From assembly GCA_039798785.1 (NCBI GenBank), contig JBDKFG010000012.1, positions 1-64,000 of the forward strand: a stretch of 64,000 bases of DNA, given 5' to 3'. This document shows positions 48,176 to 58,409 of the stretch, piece after piece. Position numbers and translations under genes: made by a program. A model generated the notes under the pieces. That model made no database searches and was not told where the DNA came from. It worked only from the letters and a program-made list of their open reading frames with translations. This DNA comes from Verrucomicrobiota bacterium (GTDB taxonomy: Bacteria > Verrucomicrobiota > Lentisphaeria > Lentisphaerales > Lentisphaeraceae). Within the stretch, counting starts at the first letter, position 1, and each line of letters begins with the position of its first letter.

Positions 48176-49125
48176 GCATCACTTCGAGCAAGTCCACGAG
48201 GATCGGGCAAGCCCGTGCCGCGTCTCCCCACTCCGCCCTCCCGCAATGCCGCGCCCACTGCACCGGGCAGGCGGGCGCTGGACAGGACCACGCGGGCTTG
48301 CATTTCTGCGATCCGAGCCTGCATCTCCTGCTGGGTGGCCACCGCCTCGGCCCGCTTGGCTTCGGCCCGTGCCGCCGCCACCTTGCTCAAGGCTTCGGAG
48401 AACTGCGACTGCAACTTGGCGCCGATGTTGTCTAAAATCGTCACCTCAGCGACGTCGCAGGACACCACTTCGAAACAGGTGCCGCTGACCACTCCGGATT
48501 CCCTGACCACATCGCTGATCATGCCGGGATTCTTCACTAAATTGCGATGATCGTCTTGGCTGCCGAGGGCGCGCACTACCGCCTCCCCCATCCGGGCAAT
48601 CACGGTTCTTTCGCCGGCGCTGCCGACCAGACGGGTGACGTCGCTGCGCACGGTCATCCTCAGGACCACTCCGACCCGGATTCCGTCCTTGCAGACCCCG
48701 ATGACATGACGATGTCCGGAGCGGGGCTCGGGACATTGAAGGACCGCCGGCCGGACAAATGAGCCGACAGCCGCCAGCACATCTCGCCCCGCCAGGTCGA
48801 TACGGCACAGTTCGTCAAATGTCACAACGATGTTGGACTTGTGAGCCTGCACCGTCGCCTCGGCGACGGCAGCAAGATCGCCGCCACGGATCATGTGCTC
48901 CTGCAAGCGTAGCGCATCGACTTCGACATCGGCGCGCTGCAGCTTGACCAGGGAATCGACGACGAGATTGGCATCGATCCGGCGGAGCCGCATCATCACC
49001 AGGTCGGGGAGGCTGATCGCCAGGCCGTTGGAGAGGACCTGGGTCCAAGTGCCGAACACCGGCATCAGGAAGATCCCGATGCCGGCGACGATAAGGAGTC
49101 CGATGATGGCAGGCGCCCATTCCAT
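48172..49125 (-). CDS. Flotillin-like FloA/YqfA family protein
   Basis: 'LVMMRLRR', 'L.EH..RGG', 'IDLAGRDVL.AV', 'KDGI', 'ARMGE', 'NIGAKLQ', 'AEAKRAEAVA.QQEM.A'. Confidence 0.85.
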   Translation of the reverse strand: MEWAPAIIGLLIVAGIGIFLMPVFGTWTQVLSNGLAISLPDLVMMRLRRIDANLVVDSLVKLQRADVEVDALRLQEHMIRGGDLAAVAEATVQAHKSNIVVTFDELCRIDLAGRDVLAAVGSFVRPAVLQCPEPRSGHRHVIGVCKDGIRVGVVLRMTVRSDVTRLVGSAGERTVIARMGEAVVRALGSQDDHRNLVKNPGMISDVVRESGVVSGTCFEVVSCDVAEVTILDNIGAKLQSQFSEALSKVAAARAEAKRAEAVATQQEMQARIAEMQARVVLSSARLPGAVGAALREGGVGRRGTGLPDPRGLARSDA

Positions 49126-49130
49126 GGCGG

Positions 49131-50627
49131 TCAGTTCCGGTAGTTGGGTGCGTCGCGGATCATCTGGATGTCGTGCGGATGAGCCTCGCGCAATCCCGAT
49201 GATGTCACCTGTACCATCTTGGCCTTGGCTTGCAGCTCGGGGACGCTGCGGGCGCCGTTGTAGCCCAGGCTGAAGCGCAGACCGCCGGCGAACTGGTGCA
49301 GGACGCTGCCGACCGTGCCGCGATAAGGCACCTGCCCTTCGATGCCCTGCGGCACCAGCTGGCTGGAATCCTCGACGTCGCCCTGGCCGTAGCGCTCGCG
49401 AGACCCCTGGCCGGCTTTCATCGCCTCGAGCGACCCCATGCCGCGGTAGACGACGAAGCGACGTCCTTGGTGCATCACTTTCTCGCCTGGGGATTCCTCG
49501 GTGGCGGCGAGCAGACCGCCCATCATCACGGCGCTGGCTCCGGCGGCGATCGCCTTGGGCACGTCGCCCGACTGCTTGATGCCGCCGTCGGCGATCACCG
49601 GCACGTCATCGGGCAGAGCTCGGCTGGCGGCCCATACGGCGCTGATCTGGGGGATGCCGACGCCGCAGACGACGCGAGTGGTGCAGATCGAGCCGGGACC
49701 GATGCCGACCTTGACGCCGTCGGCGCCAGCGTCAGCCAAGGCCTTGGCACCTTCGCCGGTGCCAACGTTACCGGCCACCACGTCGATCTTCGATCCGTAG
49801 CGCTTCTTCAACTCCTTGACGGTGTCGATGACGCCTTTGGAGTGGCCGTGCGCAGTGTCGATGGTGATGGCGTCGACCCCGGCGTTGATCAAGGCTTCGG
49901 CGCGCTCATAGTCGTAAGGGGAGATGGCGGCGGCGACGCGCAGCTGGTAGCGCGAATCGAGGTTCTCCATCTTCGAAGAGCCGCTCACCAAAGCGCGGAC
50001 GTCATGGAAGCTGTAAAGACCGGCGAGCTTGCCGGAGGCATCTAGAAGAGGCAGCTTGCCGATGCGGGCTTCGGTCATGATCTTGTAAGCTTGTTCGAGA
50101 GTCGTACCGGCAGGAGCGGAGACCAGCTTCGAGGTCATCACCGAGGCGACACTGAGCTTGCGGTCAGTACAGAACTTCAGATCCTTGGCGGTGAGAATGC
50201 CGACGACGCGCTCGTTGGCGTCGAGGATCGGAAAGCCGGAAAAATTATAGCCTTTGTCCTGCTTGACCCTGAGGATCGAGGCAATGTCATCACTGTCGCG
50301 GAAACTGATCGGCGATTGGATCAGGCCATTGGAGTGAAGCTTGACCTTGCGGACTTCCGCAGCCTGCGATTTGGCCGACATGTTCTTGTGAAGGACGCCG
50401 ATGCCGCCGAGGCGGGCGATGGCGATCGCCATCGGCGCCTCGGTGACCGTATCCATCGCGGCGCTGACGAAGGGTATGTTGAGCTCGATGTTGCGGCTGA
50501 AGCGCGACTTGATGCTGGCATCCTGAGGCAGGAAGTCGGCATATTGGGTGACCAGGCTGACATCATCGAAGGTCAGGCCGAGGTAGGCGTCGCGGCCCAA
50601 AAGGGCGTCTACATGGGGGTTTTTCAT
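49131..50627 (-). CDS. guaB: IMP dehydrogenase
   Basis: 'LTFDDV', 'SAAMDTVTE', CBS pair, 'DTAHGHS', '[13 protein letters not shown]', 'YRGMGS'. Confidence 0.97.
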   Translation of the reverse strand: MKNPHVDALLGRDAYLGLTFDDVSLVTQYADFLPQDASIKSRFSRNIELNIPFVSAAMDTVTEAPMAIAIARLGGIGVLHKNMSAKSQAAEVRKVKLHSNGLIQSPISFRDSDDIASILRVKQDKGYNFSGFPILDANERVVGILTAKDLKFCTDRKLSVASVMTSKLVSAPAGTTLEQAYKIMTEARIGKLPLLDASGKLAGLYSFHDVRALVSGSSKMENLDSRYQLRVAAAISPYDYERAEALINAGVDAITIDTAHGHSKGVIDTVKELKKRYGSKIDVVAGNVGTGEGAKALADAGADGVKVGIGPGSICTTRVVCGVGIPQISAVWAASRALPDDVPVIADGGIKQSGDVPKAIAAGASAVMMGGLLAATEESPGEKVMHQGRRFVVYRGMGSLEAMKAGQGSRERYGQGDVEDSSQLVPQGIEGQVPYRGTVGSVLHQFAGGLRFSLGYNGARSVPELQAKAKMVQVTSSGLREAHPHDIQMIRDAPNYRN

Positions 50628-50813
50628 GTTCTCGTCTCCGGTTAAGATTCGAGCAAATTACACCCTTGCGCCCCGGCATTCAAGGGCCTTGATGCGGTCT
50701 TCGCGGCCTTCATAGCCCGGCATCAGGATTCTTGGACATCACTTGAAGTCTGCAGGGCAGCCACTCTCTTGCGTCTTAACCTCATGAAGAACCAAACACT
50801 CTGTGCAGCGATC

Positions 50814-51398
50814 ATGATCATTCTTGCTTCCACTTCGCCCCGCCGGGCGCTGCTTTTGCAGCAGGCCGGGATTCCCTTCCGCATCTCGGCTCCTGAAGTC
50901 GAAGAGATTCATCAGAACGATGACGCTGAAGCGACGGTTAGCGAAAACTGCCGCCGCAAAGCCCTTGCCGTCTCCCGGAAATTCCCGCATGAACTGGTTT
51001 TGGCCGCCGACACGGTCGTATCCCTCGATGGTCTTGTCCTAGGCAAGCCGACGGATCTCAACGCTGCCCTTGAGATGCTCCTCAGTTTATCAGGCCGCAG
51101 CCACGAGGTTTTGACCGGCCAGGCTTTGGCTCTTGATGGCGAACTGATCGAGCTCAAAGTCCTACGTGCCCCGGTCAACTTCGCCGCCTTCGGCCCTGAG
51201 CAGGCGGAGGGCTATTTCGACCGTGTCAATCCTCTCGACAAGGCTGGCGCCTACAACCTTGGCGAATGCCCGGAACTCCTCGGGGCTTCATGCCAGGCCG
51301 ATCACGGAATAGTTATCGGACTCTCAATCAATGACTTAAAACAATCTTTGAAAAATCTTCCAAAACCCCTTGCGGAGCGATTCCCAACTTTGCTATGA
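50814..51398 (+). CDS. maf: Maf family nucleoside triphosphate pyrophosphatase
   Basis: '[10 protein letters not shown]', 'AADTVV', 'LGKP', '[11 protein letters not shown]', 'DKAGAY'. Confidence 0.92.
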   Translation: MIILASTSPRRALLLQQAGIPFRISAPEVEEIHQNDDAEATVSENCRRKALAVSRKFPHELVLAADTVVSLDGLVLGKPTDLNAALEMLLSLSGRSHEVLTGQALALDGELIELKVLRAPVNFAAFGPEQAEGYFDRVNPLDKAGAYNLGECPELLGASCQADHGIVIGLSINDLKQSLKNLPKPLAERFPTLL

Positions 51399-51399
51399 T
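51370..51399 (+). promoter_or_regulatory. Sigma70 promoter (extended -10) for pilin gene
   Basis: TTGCGG-18 nt-TATGAT with a TGn extension and an AT-rich tract upstream. Confidence 0.5.
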
Positions 51400-51445
51400 G
51401 AACTTGCCCCAAGCAGGCAATACAACCCCCAACAGGAGAGTCCCC

Positions 51446-51955
51446 ATGAAAGCCAAGAAGTTCACCCTGATCGAGCTGCTCGTCGTCGTCGCCATCATCG
51501 GCATCCTCGCCGCCATGCTCCTCCCCGCCCTCGGCGCCGTCCGCGAAAAAGCCAACGTCACCAAGTGCAAGAACTCCCTCAAGCAAGTCGGCCTGGTCGT
51601 CCAGAGCTACTACTCCGACGGCACCTCCACCGCCTTCGGTTCGGCCTTCACCACCGCCACCCCGCTCGTCGCCACCACCGCTGGCTTTAACTTCGACGCC
51701 AACATGCTGGCCTGCGCCGCAGCCCGCACCACTGCCGAAGATGTTGATTACACCAGCGATAAGATTGGCAGCATGAGCGCATATACCACTCAAGCAGTTC
51801 CTGCAACCTTCGCTAATACCGATACTTGGGCTGTTGTCAACAACCCCAACTCCGGTCTCTTTGGTGACAATGGCGACACCGTTGCCAAGCGCCAACATAA
51901 AGTCAACCTCAAGTTCAACGTTACCGCCGGCGACGGTCACGTCGAAGAGAAATAA
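51446..51955 (+). CDS. Short type IV pilin-like protein 1 (candidate major pilin)
   Basis: '[29 protein letters not shown]', 'C...LKQ', C-terminal 'GDGHVE'; strong RBS AGGAG. Confidence 0.9.
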   Translation: MKAKKFTLIELLVVVAIIGILAAMLLPALGAVREKANVTKCKNSLKQVGLVVQSYYSDGTSTAFGSAFTTATPLVATTAGFNFDANMLACAAARTTAEDVDYTSDKIGSMSAYTTQAVPATFANTDTWAVVNNPNSGLFGDNGDTVAKRQHKVNLKFNVTAGDGHVEEK

Positions 51956-51970
51956 GCTGACTTAAAGAAT

Positions 51971-52001
51971 AAGGGGGGGGCTCCATTGGCCCCTCCTTTT
52001 T
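51971..52001 (+). terminator. Terminator between the two pilins
   Basis: G-rich/C-rich stem (AAGGGGGGGGC...GCCCCTCCTT) followed by a T run. Confidence 0.65.
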
Positions 52002-52018
52002 AATTATGAGGTCACCTC

Positions 52019-52501
52019 ATGAAAATGACGAAATTCACTTTGATTGAGCTTTTGGTCGTTGTGGCCATCATTGGCATTTTGGCCGCAATGTTATTGCCGG
52101 CCTTGGCCTCTGTCCGAGAGAAGGCTAACATTGCAAAGTGCAAAAGCTATCTCAAACAACACGGCATCTCATTCGGCGCGTACTTCAATGCCGATAGTTT
52201 TCAAGTAGCACCGGTATATTCTGGCACCTTGACTGCTGGCGATTTGGTCGATACAGCCCTCAATCTCGATGACAATATGCTGGCCTGCTCAGCGATTAAT
52301 TTATCCGGATCAAATTCCATTTTTTTCTACAGCCCTTCCAGCACAGTTGGCCATAACGCCAATATCAGTGGACAACGCTATGGTGTGATCAACAACCCAG
52401 ATTCCATTATCATGGAAGATGATGTCGCGCACAAAAATACTGGCAAAGTCAGCCAGATGCGCGGTGATGGCCATGTGGAAGAATCAGCCGACAGCAATTA
52501 A
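52019..52501 (+). CDS. Short type IV pilin-like protein 2
   Basis: '[25 protein letters not shown]'; shares 'NMLAC', 'NNP.S' and 'GDGHVEE' with pilin 1; AT-richer codons. Confidence 0.9.
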   Translation: MKMTKFTLIELLVVVAIIGILAAMLLPALASVREKANIAKCKSYLKQHGISFGAYFNADSFQVAPVYSGTLTAGDLVDTALNLDDNMLACSAINLSGSNSIFFYSPSSTVGHNANISGQRYGVINNPDSIIMEDDVAHKNTGKVSQMRGDGHVEESADSN

Positions 52502-52521
52502 TGAGTCGATTCATTCTCTTC

Positions 52522-52546
52522 GCCGCCTCGAACAGGCGGCTTTTTT
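52522..52546 (+). terminator. Intrinsic terminator
   Basis: GCCGCCT-CGAAC-AGGCGGC-TTTTTT. Confidence 0.75.
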
Positions 52547-54330
52547 CATGCCCGGATCCGGGCGGGAATGCCGCCGCGAAGGGAGTTGCCGAGGCGGAGT
52601 TTGGCAGCGGCATGGAGATCGTCAAGAGTCAAAGCCTTTTCGATCGCGCCGAGGATTTGGATCTGCTCCTGGCGCCAGATGCCGGGGAGAATTCCTGCCT
52701 CCAAAGGTGGAGTGAACCAGTGGCCCTGAGAATCGCAAAGAAAGATTGAAGTGAAGCTGCCTTCGGCCAATTCGTTTCGATCGTTGAAGAGCAGAGCTTC
52801 GTCGGCTCCGAGGGCTTTGGCGCGGGCCAAAGCGCGTTCGTAAAGGCCGCGGCACGAGGTTTTGTGTCGGGTCCAAGGGTTTGCGGTGGGGATTTTTTCC
52901 TCGGCGATCACAACAAGAGCCTCGTCTTTTCCCCAGCCGAGAGCTGCCAAGGGCTCGCAACGCCCCCTCAGTTGACCTTGGGCATCAACTGCGAGGCGAA
53001 CCCGGAAAGCCCCGGAACTTCGGTCAATCCGCCACTGACGGAGCTGCGCGAAAATCGCATCCCCCGGAAATGGACGCTGGAACCAGCGGCAGGAATCTCG
53101 CAAGCGGCGGAGATGGGCGCGCAGCTTTAAAGGGCGCCCATTTTCCCAAGCCATGGTGGTAAAAAGCTCCTCGGGGAGGGCTTCGGCACGCAAAAATGCC
53201 CCCTTGAGCAGGCATTCCTGCCATTCCAGCGACGGAGAGGAATCGGCGACTACGCCGGAGCCGAGGCCAAGAGACCAGATTTTGCCTTGCTTCTCCAAAG
53301 TGCGAATACAGACGTTGAAAGTGAAATCTCCGCCCGGCTCGACCCATCCGGCGATGCCGGTGTAGGCTCCGCGGGGTGACTGCTCGAGCCTGCGTATCAG
53401 CGAACAAGCCTGAATCTTCGGAGCTCCCGTGACGGAGCCCGGCGGGAATGTAGCCTCAAGGATAGACTCGAGACTTGCCCCCGGCTTCAGCTCCCCGCTG
53501 ACCTGGCTGACCATTTGGTGCAAGGTGGCGTAGCGATCGACCTGGAAGAGCGAATCGACCTGGACGCTATTCTCGCGGCAGATTCGCGACAGGTCATTGC
53601 GCATCAGGTCGACGATCATGACATTTTCCGCTTGCGACTTGGGATCCTGGGCGAGCCAGCGGCGGCGGGCTTCATCCTCCTCCCACGAAGCGGCGCGGGG
53701 GCAGGTGCCTTTCATCGGCAGAGAGGTCAAGCGCGAGCCGCGGCGCTGAAGGAAGAGCTCGGGGGAGAGGGAGATCAGGCCATAGGGACCGAGTTCGAAC
53801 CAAGCGGCGAAGGGCACGGCTTGAGCCTGGTAGAGGCGCTTGAACAGCGCCAAGGGCGAGTCCGTGCCGAGCGTGACGGCGCAGCGGAAGCTGAGATTGG
53901 CCTGGTAGAGCTCGCCGGCGAAGATCGCGGCTTTCAGTTCTGTGAGGGCACGCTGCTGGGTTTCGGCATTCACCAGAGGCGTCCAGCGCGGCAAGCCCTC
54001 TGGCGCGGGAATGGCCAAGTCTTCGAGTCGCACTTCATCAGCCCGTTCGAAGATGCCGAAGACCGCCAAGGGGCCGGAATGATGATGGACCGGGATGCTG
54101 GGCTCAAAAACCGCCGCCGCTTCATAAGCCAGCCAGCCGGCGAGCCACTTGCCCGCTGCGGCTTCCGCTTCGATCCGGCGGATCAGCGGGCGCACTTCCT
54201 CCGGAGTCAAGGCCAGCAGCAGCTCGCCGCCGCCGCTGAGGCGAAGCCAGCCGGTGCTTGAACGAGAGCTGCGGAGGAGGCACATAATTACGAATGGCGA
54301 ATTACAAATTGAGCTGCAAGCAGCGCGCAA
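52546..54330 (-). CDS. pabB: Aminodeoxychorismate synthase component I fused to ADC lyase (aminotransferase class IV)
   Basis: 'SPELFL', 'PMKGT', 'AENVMIVDLMRNDL', 'FPPGSVTGAPK', then 'HLRRL', 'HKT', 'EG....IF', 'GILPGI.R'. Start uncertain (54285 possible). Confidence 0.9.
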   Translation of the reverse strand: MRAACSSICNSPFVIMCLLRSSRSSTGWLRLSGGGELLLALTPEEVRPLIRRIEAEAAAGKWLAGWLAYEAAAVFEPSIPVHHHSGPLAVFGIFERADEVRLEDLAIPAPEGLPRWTPLVNAETQQRALTELKAAIFAGELYQANLSFRCAVTLGTDSPLALFKRLYQAQAVPFAAWFELGPYGLISLSPELFLQRRGSRLTSLPMKGTCPRAASWEEDEARRRWLAQDPKSQAENVMIVDLMRNDLSRICRENSVQVDSLFQVDRYATLHQMVSQVSGELKPGASLESILEATFPPGSVTGAPKIQACSLIRRLEQSPRGAYTGIAGWVEPGGDFTFNVCIRTLEKQGKIWSLGLGSGVVADSSPSLEWQECLLKGAFLRAEALPEELFTTMAWENGRPLKLRAHLRRLRDSCRWFQRPFPGDAIFAQLRQWRIDRSSGAFRVRLAVDAQGQLRGRCEPLAALGWGKDEALVVIAEEKIPTANPWTRHKTSCRGLYERALARAKALGADEALLFNDRNELAEGSFTSIFLCDSQGHWFTPPLEAGILPGIWRQEQIQILGAIEKALTLDDLHAAAKLRLGNSLRGGIPARIRA

Positions 54331-54376
54331 TTCGCCAAGGATGTCAGTTGCATGTGGCCGCTCAATTCGTAATTAC

Positions 54377-55027
54377 TCACTTCTTCACCGACTTGATGTT
54401 ATCGATAAAAACCGGGAAACGATTGAAGGTGACGACCCAAGCCGAAGTCTGACCGGACTTGAGTTCACCGTCAAGCTGGATGTCGATCATCCAATGTTTC
54501 GGCTCGGGCGAGCCGCGTGGCCAGATGCGGCCGCGGCAACGGAGAAAGCCGTTGGGCATGCGGCTGGTGACGAAGCGCATGGTATGCCAGGCTTGCGGTT
54601 TGAGAGAGAAGGGATGACTGCCCAGAAATTGCTCCTGGCCGAGGATGAGGCGGAGCTCGGGGTGAGTCTGATTCTGGCACGCAATCAGACGGGGGCCCTT
54701 GCTGCCGTGAGTGCCGAGGCCGAAAGTCGGCATCGCAGCCTCGGTGAGATAGGCATAGAAGTCGGCCTGGACCTCGACTTCGTCCAGGTTGTCAGGGCCG
54801 AACATGAAGCCCTGGAAGGCCTCCATGACCGAGCTCTGGAGACAGCGCTCCTCGCCAAGTTTCTTGAAGCCGAAATTCCCTTCATAAATGGAAATGCCAT
54901 CCAGACAGTTCTTCTCATTCGAGCTGTTAAAGTCGCGCTCGAAAAGAGTGACCGACGGCGCCGTGCCGAAGAGCCCGCAAGAGCTCAGGCCGGCGAGTGA
55001 GACAAGCGAGATCAGGAGTTTTTTCAT
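54377..55027 (-). CDS. Hypothetical lipoprotein (beta-sandwich, ConA-like)
   Basis: 'MKKLLISLVSLAGLSSC' lipobox; 'WHTMRF', 'GRIWPRG..EP..W', 'FIDNI'. Confidence 0.65.
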   Translation of the reverse strand: MKKLLISLVSLAGLSSCGLFGTAPSVTLFERDFNSSNEKNCLDGISIYEGNFGFKKLGEERCLQSSVMEAFQGFMFGPDNLDEVEVQADFYAYLTEAAMPTFGLGTHGSKGPRLIACQNQTHPELRLILGQEQFLGSHPFSLKPQAWHTMRFVTSRMPNGFLRCRGRIWPRGSPEPKHWMIDIQLDGELKSGQTSAWVVTFNRFPVFIDNIKSVKK

Positions 55028-55052
55028 CGGAGTTACCACGGGGGTTAAGGGT

Positions 55053-56336
55053 TCAGAGTCGGTGCCAACGGCGGGCACTGCTTTCGCCGCGTTCGAGAGA
55101 TCCTTCAGGCAAAACTTCGACGGGTATCTTCAGCCCGAAGGCAGTGAGCAGTTCAAGGGCAATGGTCTTGGCGATCTTCTGGGCTTTGTCCGTACCGGGG
55201 ACAAGTTCAAGCTTGACCGCCATCTCGGTCATGCTGCGGCGCGATTTGACTTCTACACGATATTCGAGAACCTGGGAGTGCCGACGGATGAGTTCCTCGA
55301 CGGCGGAAGGATAGACTGAGACGCCGCGGACGAAGACGAGATTGTCAAGGCGTCCGATGATGCCGCCTTCAAGTGCCAAGTCGAAGCTGCCGCAGGCGCA
55401 TTGCGCCCTCGGACCGCGCTTGACCAAATCGCCAGTGCGGAAACGCAGAGCGGGGGACGCGTGACGGCCGAGAGTGGTGAGGACCAGTTCACCGACGAAG
55501 CCCGGCTGCATCTTGCTGTCGCTCTCAGGAGCCACCACTTCGGCGTAGAAGGCGTCGGAGAGGACGTGCAAAGTGTCGGCATGGACGGGACAGGGATACG
55601 CCACAGGGCCGGTTTCAGTCAGGCAATAAGTATCTAGAACGCGGGCTCCGGGCCAGACCTTTTCGATCCGCTGGCGAGTGGCTGTGATCGACCCGCCAGG
55701 CTCGCCGCCGACGATGATGCGGCGGAGACATCCCTGGCTCAGGTCAATGTTCTCTTCGCGGGCGATTTCGCCGAGGCGTAGTGCGTAGCTGGGGGTGCAG
55801 AAGAGAACGCTGACGCGACACTCGATGATCATCTTCAGCCGCCCGACGGTGTTGAGCGAGCCTGCGGGAAGGCACATCATGCCGAAGCGGCGGGCGGCGT
55901 CGATCGCAGTCCACTCCATCAGCTGCGGGCCGAAGCTCCAGGCGAACATCGCCACATCGCTGGCCTTCAGGCCAGCCGCCTGGTAGACTTTTTTCCAGTT
56001 GCCGGCCAGCCATTTCATGCCGTCCTTGTCGTCTCGCCAGAAGATAGGCTGCGTGCTGGTGCCGCTAGTGGTCGAGAGCAGCACAGGCTCGGCCCCCGCA
56101 GTCCAGTTGCTGCCGTAGGGCGGCAGCTCCTGCTGATCCTTCTGGTAATCGCTCTTCAAGGTGAATGGCACCATTTCCGACCAGTCATGCACGTCGCGGA
56201 GCTTGTTTGGAAGATCTTTCAGGCGGGCGTCGTGGAAGGGATTGCGGCCCCGCAAAGCCTTAGCCAAGCTATTGAGCTGATTCAACTGCTCTTCCTGCAT
56301 CCCTGAACGGCTGTCGTGTTTATCGAGACTCATCAC
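55053..56336 (-). CDS. Phenylacetate-CoA ligase family (PaaK-like) adenylating enzyme
   Basis: 'TTSGTS', 'TPSYAL', 'GGEPGG', 'Y.LTE', 'GELVLTTL', 'RFRTGD', 'GRLD...VRGV.VYP'. Confidence 0.88.
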   Translation of the reverse strand: MMSLDKHDSRSGMQEEQLNQLNSLAKALRGRNPFHDARLKDLPNKLRDVHDWSEMVPFTLKSDYQKDQQELPPYGSNWTAGAEPVLLSTTSGTSTQPIFWRDDKDGMKWLAGNWKKVYQAAGLKASDVAMFAWSFGPQLMEWTAIDAARRFGMMCLPAGSLNTVGRLKMIIECRVSVLFCTPSYALRLGEIAREENIDLSQGCLRRIIVGGEPGGSITATRQRIEKVWPGARVLDTYCLTETGPVAYPCPVHADTLHVLSDAFYAEVVAPESDSKMQPGFVGELVLTTLGRHASPALRFRTGDLVKRGPRAQCACGSFDLALEGGIIGRLDNLVFVRGVSVYPSAVEELIRRHSQVLEYRVEVKSRRSMTEMAVKLELVPGTDKAQKIAKTIALELLTAFGLKIPVEVLPEGSLERGESSARRWHRL

Positions 56337-56390
56337 CCGGCTCCTTGCTGATTGCGCAGACAGGGGAATCTAGCGGGGGAAGGCAGGATG

Positions 56391-56682
56391 CAAAATTCAA
56401 AATTCAAGATTCAAAATTCAAGAGATACCTTCGCTCCAGCTGCTCGATCCCATGCGGGTCGCACCATGGTAGCCCAGGGTCGCCTCGACCCTGGGTATGA
56501 GGCAAAAATGAGTTCCGATCCCTTGTGGGTCGCACAGTCTTCGACTGGGCGCTGTGCGACCCGCAAAGGGGTCGAGCGACAGAATTCGGCAGAATCCAGA
56601 CCGGAAGCTTTTTTGCAGGGGTTCCCTGCATGCCTCATGAGGCATCTTGGATACGCATGTTGCTTTATCTGAATTTTGAATT
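56391..56682. repeat. REP-like palindromic cluster bracketed by inverted AATTCAA heptamer repeats
   Basis: Four (A/G)ATTCAA units at 56394-56421 and inverted TGAATTTTGAATT at 56670-56682. Internal hairpins include CCCAGGGTCG/CGACCCTGGG and GGGTCGCACAG/CTGTGCGACCC. Confidence 0.7.
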
Positions 56683-56683
56683 C

Positions 56684-58306
56684 TCAACTCCGAGTGCCTT
56701 CAAGGTCGGCGACATCGATGTAGAAGCGGGTGTCTCCCGCCTTGTGTGCGACTGGAAAGGTGAGGGTGAACGTGGTGCCGCGATCAAGCTCGGAGACCAC
56801 CTCGATCCGCCCTTTGTGCGCCTCGACAAGTCGGCGGGTGACGGCGAGGCCGAGGCCGGTGCCCGCATCCCCCTTACCGGTGAAGAACATGTCGAAGATC
56901 TGATCGATATCCTCCGGCTTGATCCCGATGCCGTTGTCGCTGCAGCTGATGCACAAGCTGGAGCCGCCGTCGCTGAGCCAGGCATCCACCTTGATCCATC
57001 CACCGGTCTGGCCGTCATGCCGAGAGACGACGGCATCGGCGGCGTTATTGAGCAGATTCAGCATGATCCTATGCAGCGCGGTGGGATCAAGCTCCGCCGA
57101 AAGCGGCTGATGGGCGAGATCCGGGGCGATTTTGAGCTCAATGGCGAGACTGGTGAGGTGGGGCTTGACTAGGCTTGCGGCCTCGGCCAGGAGTTCACCG
57201 ACCGGCTGGCGGGTGATCTGCAGGTCGTATTCCTTGGCGAGGTTGAGCAGGTCGAGCATCAACGCAGTGAGGCGTTTGTGATTGCGGCTGAGAATGGTCC
57301 AGGCCTCGTTCATCAGCTCCTGGTCCTTGTCATCGATCCCCATGCGCATCAAGTAAAGACATCCATCGACACCCGTGAGGATGTTCTTGATGTAGTGCGA
57401 CAGGGAGGCCGAGGCGGTGCCGAGAGTGGCGAGACGCTCATTGGCGATGTTGCGGACGTTGAGTCGGTGATTGGCGATCCAGGGAGAAGCGATCAGACAG
57501 AGCGCCGAGACGGCACGCAGCTGGACCGGCCCAAGGGTGGACCCGGCGATGCAGACGATGCCGAGAAGCTCGTTGTGCACCGACATCGGCGCGGCCAGGT
57601 GACGGCGGACCAATGAGCCGGGAAGAAGCACTGGATCGGTGAGCAAGGCTTCCCTCGATTCCTGAACCTGGAGAAGCAGTCCGGAAGGCAGATCGGCAGG
57701 CGACTTGTTGACACGGTGACCCTGAGCGTTGAAACCGAAGGCGTAGCGGATCGAGCCGCCGCCGTCAGGTGTAGTGGTGAAGAGATCGACGATGCAGCCG
57801 GGGCAGGCTTCTCGAAGCATCTGGCAGAGCGCCGTCAAGACGTCTTCCTCGGACGCGAGGGGCGCCATCCTCTCATGCAACTCGAGTGCGCCGGCGAGCG
57901 GCAGTTCATTGCCACTGCTGTCGGCCTGCGTCGCCATCAAGGGATCTCGAGCGTCGAGCCTGAAAGCGATGGTCGGCGTGTCGGACGTCTGCCTCTGGCT
58001 CACCTCGGCTTCTAAAAGCGAAGCTCCGGCGCGGAAGCGCAGGGTGCCGTTGACCAGAGCTGGCTGGCGCAAGGCGACGCCGCCTACCAGGGTGCCGTTG
58101 GTCGAATCGAGATCCTCCAGGAACCACTCGCTGTTCTTAAGGAAAAGCCGACAGTGACGGCGCGACAGCATGCCGTCCTGGATGCAGATCTCGCAATCGC
58201 GAGTCCGGCCCAGGGTGACAGCGGTTCCATGAACCGGAAACTCCTGCCCCGCTTCGGGACCGGAAATGACCCGGATGATCGCAAGCTGAGGTTTCTGCTG
58301 AGCCAC
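56684..58306 (-). CDS. FHA-GAF-histidine kinase (cytoplasmic)
   Basis: FHA 'LGR...LSRRH...STNGT'; H-box 'SLSHYIKNIL'; 'NLLNNAADA', 'DNGIGI', 'FFTGK...GTGLGL'. Confidence 0.92.
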   Translation of the reverse strand: MAQQKPQLAIIRVISGPEAGQEFPVHGTAVTLGRTRDCEICIQDGMLSRRHCRLFLKNSEWFLEDLDSTNGTLVGGVALRQPALVNGTLRFRAGASLLEAEVSQRQTSDTPTIAFRLDARDPLMATQADSSGNELPLAGALELHERMAPLASEEDVLTALCQMLREACPGCIVDLFTTTPDGGGSIRYAFGFNAQGHRVNKSPADLPSGLLLQVQESREALLTDPVLLPGSLVRRHLAAPMSVHNELLGIVCIAGSTLGPVQLRAVSALCLIASPWIANHRLNVRNIANERLATLGTASASLSHYIKNILTGVDGCLYLMRMGIDDKDQELMNEAWTILSRNHKRLTALMLDLLNLAKEYDLQITRQPVGELLAEAASLVKPHLTSLAIELKIAPDLAHQPLSAELDPTALHRIMLNLLNNAADAVVSRHDGQTGGWIKVDAWLSDGGSSLCISCSDNGIGIKPEDIDQIFDMFFTGKGDAGTGLGLAVTRRLVEAHKGRIEVVSELDRGTTFTLTFPVAHKAGDTRFYIDVADLEGTRS

Positions 58307-58409
58307 CTGAAGACCTCCTGTAAGACAGCGGAAGAACTGGTCTCTACGAGAATAGTCTACATCATATCGGGTTTCCGGACACGGTGCAAGGCGGAAATCG
58401 CAGCGTGCC

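Noticed and set aside
52546..54330. PabB-PabC fusion as a novelty
   Set aside because: This fusion is well known in many bacteria.
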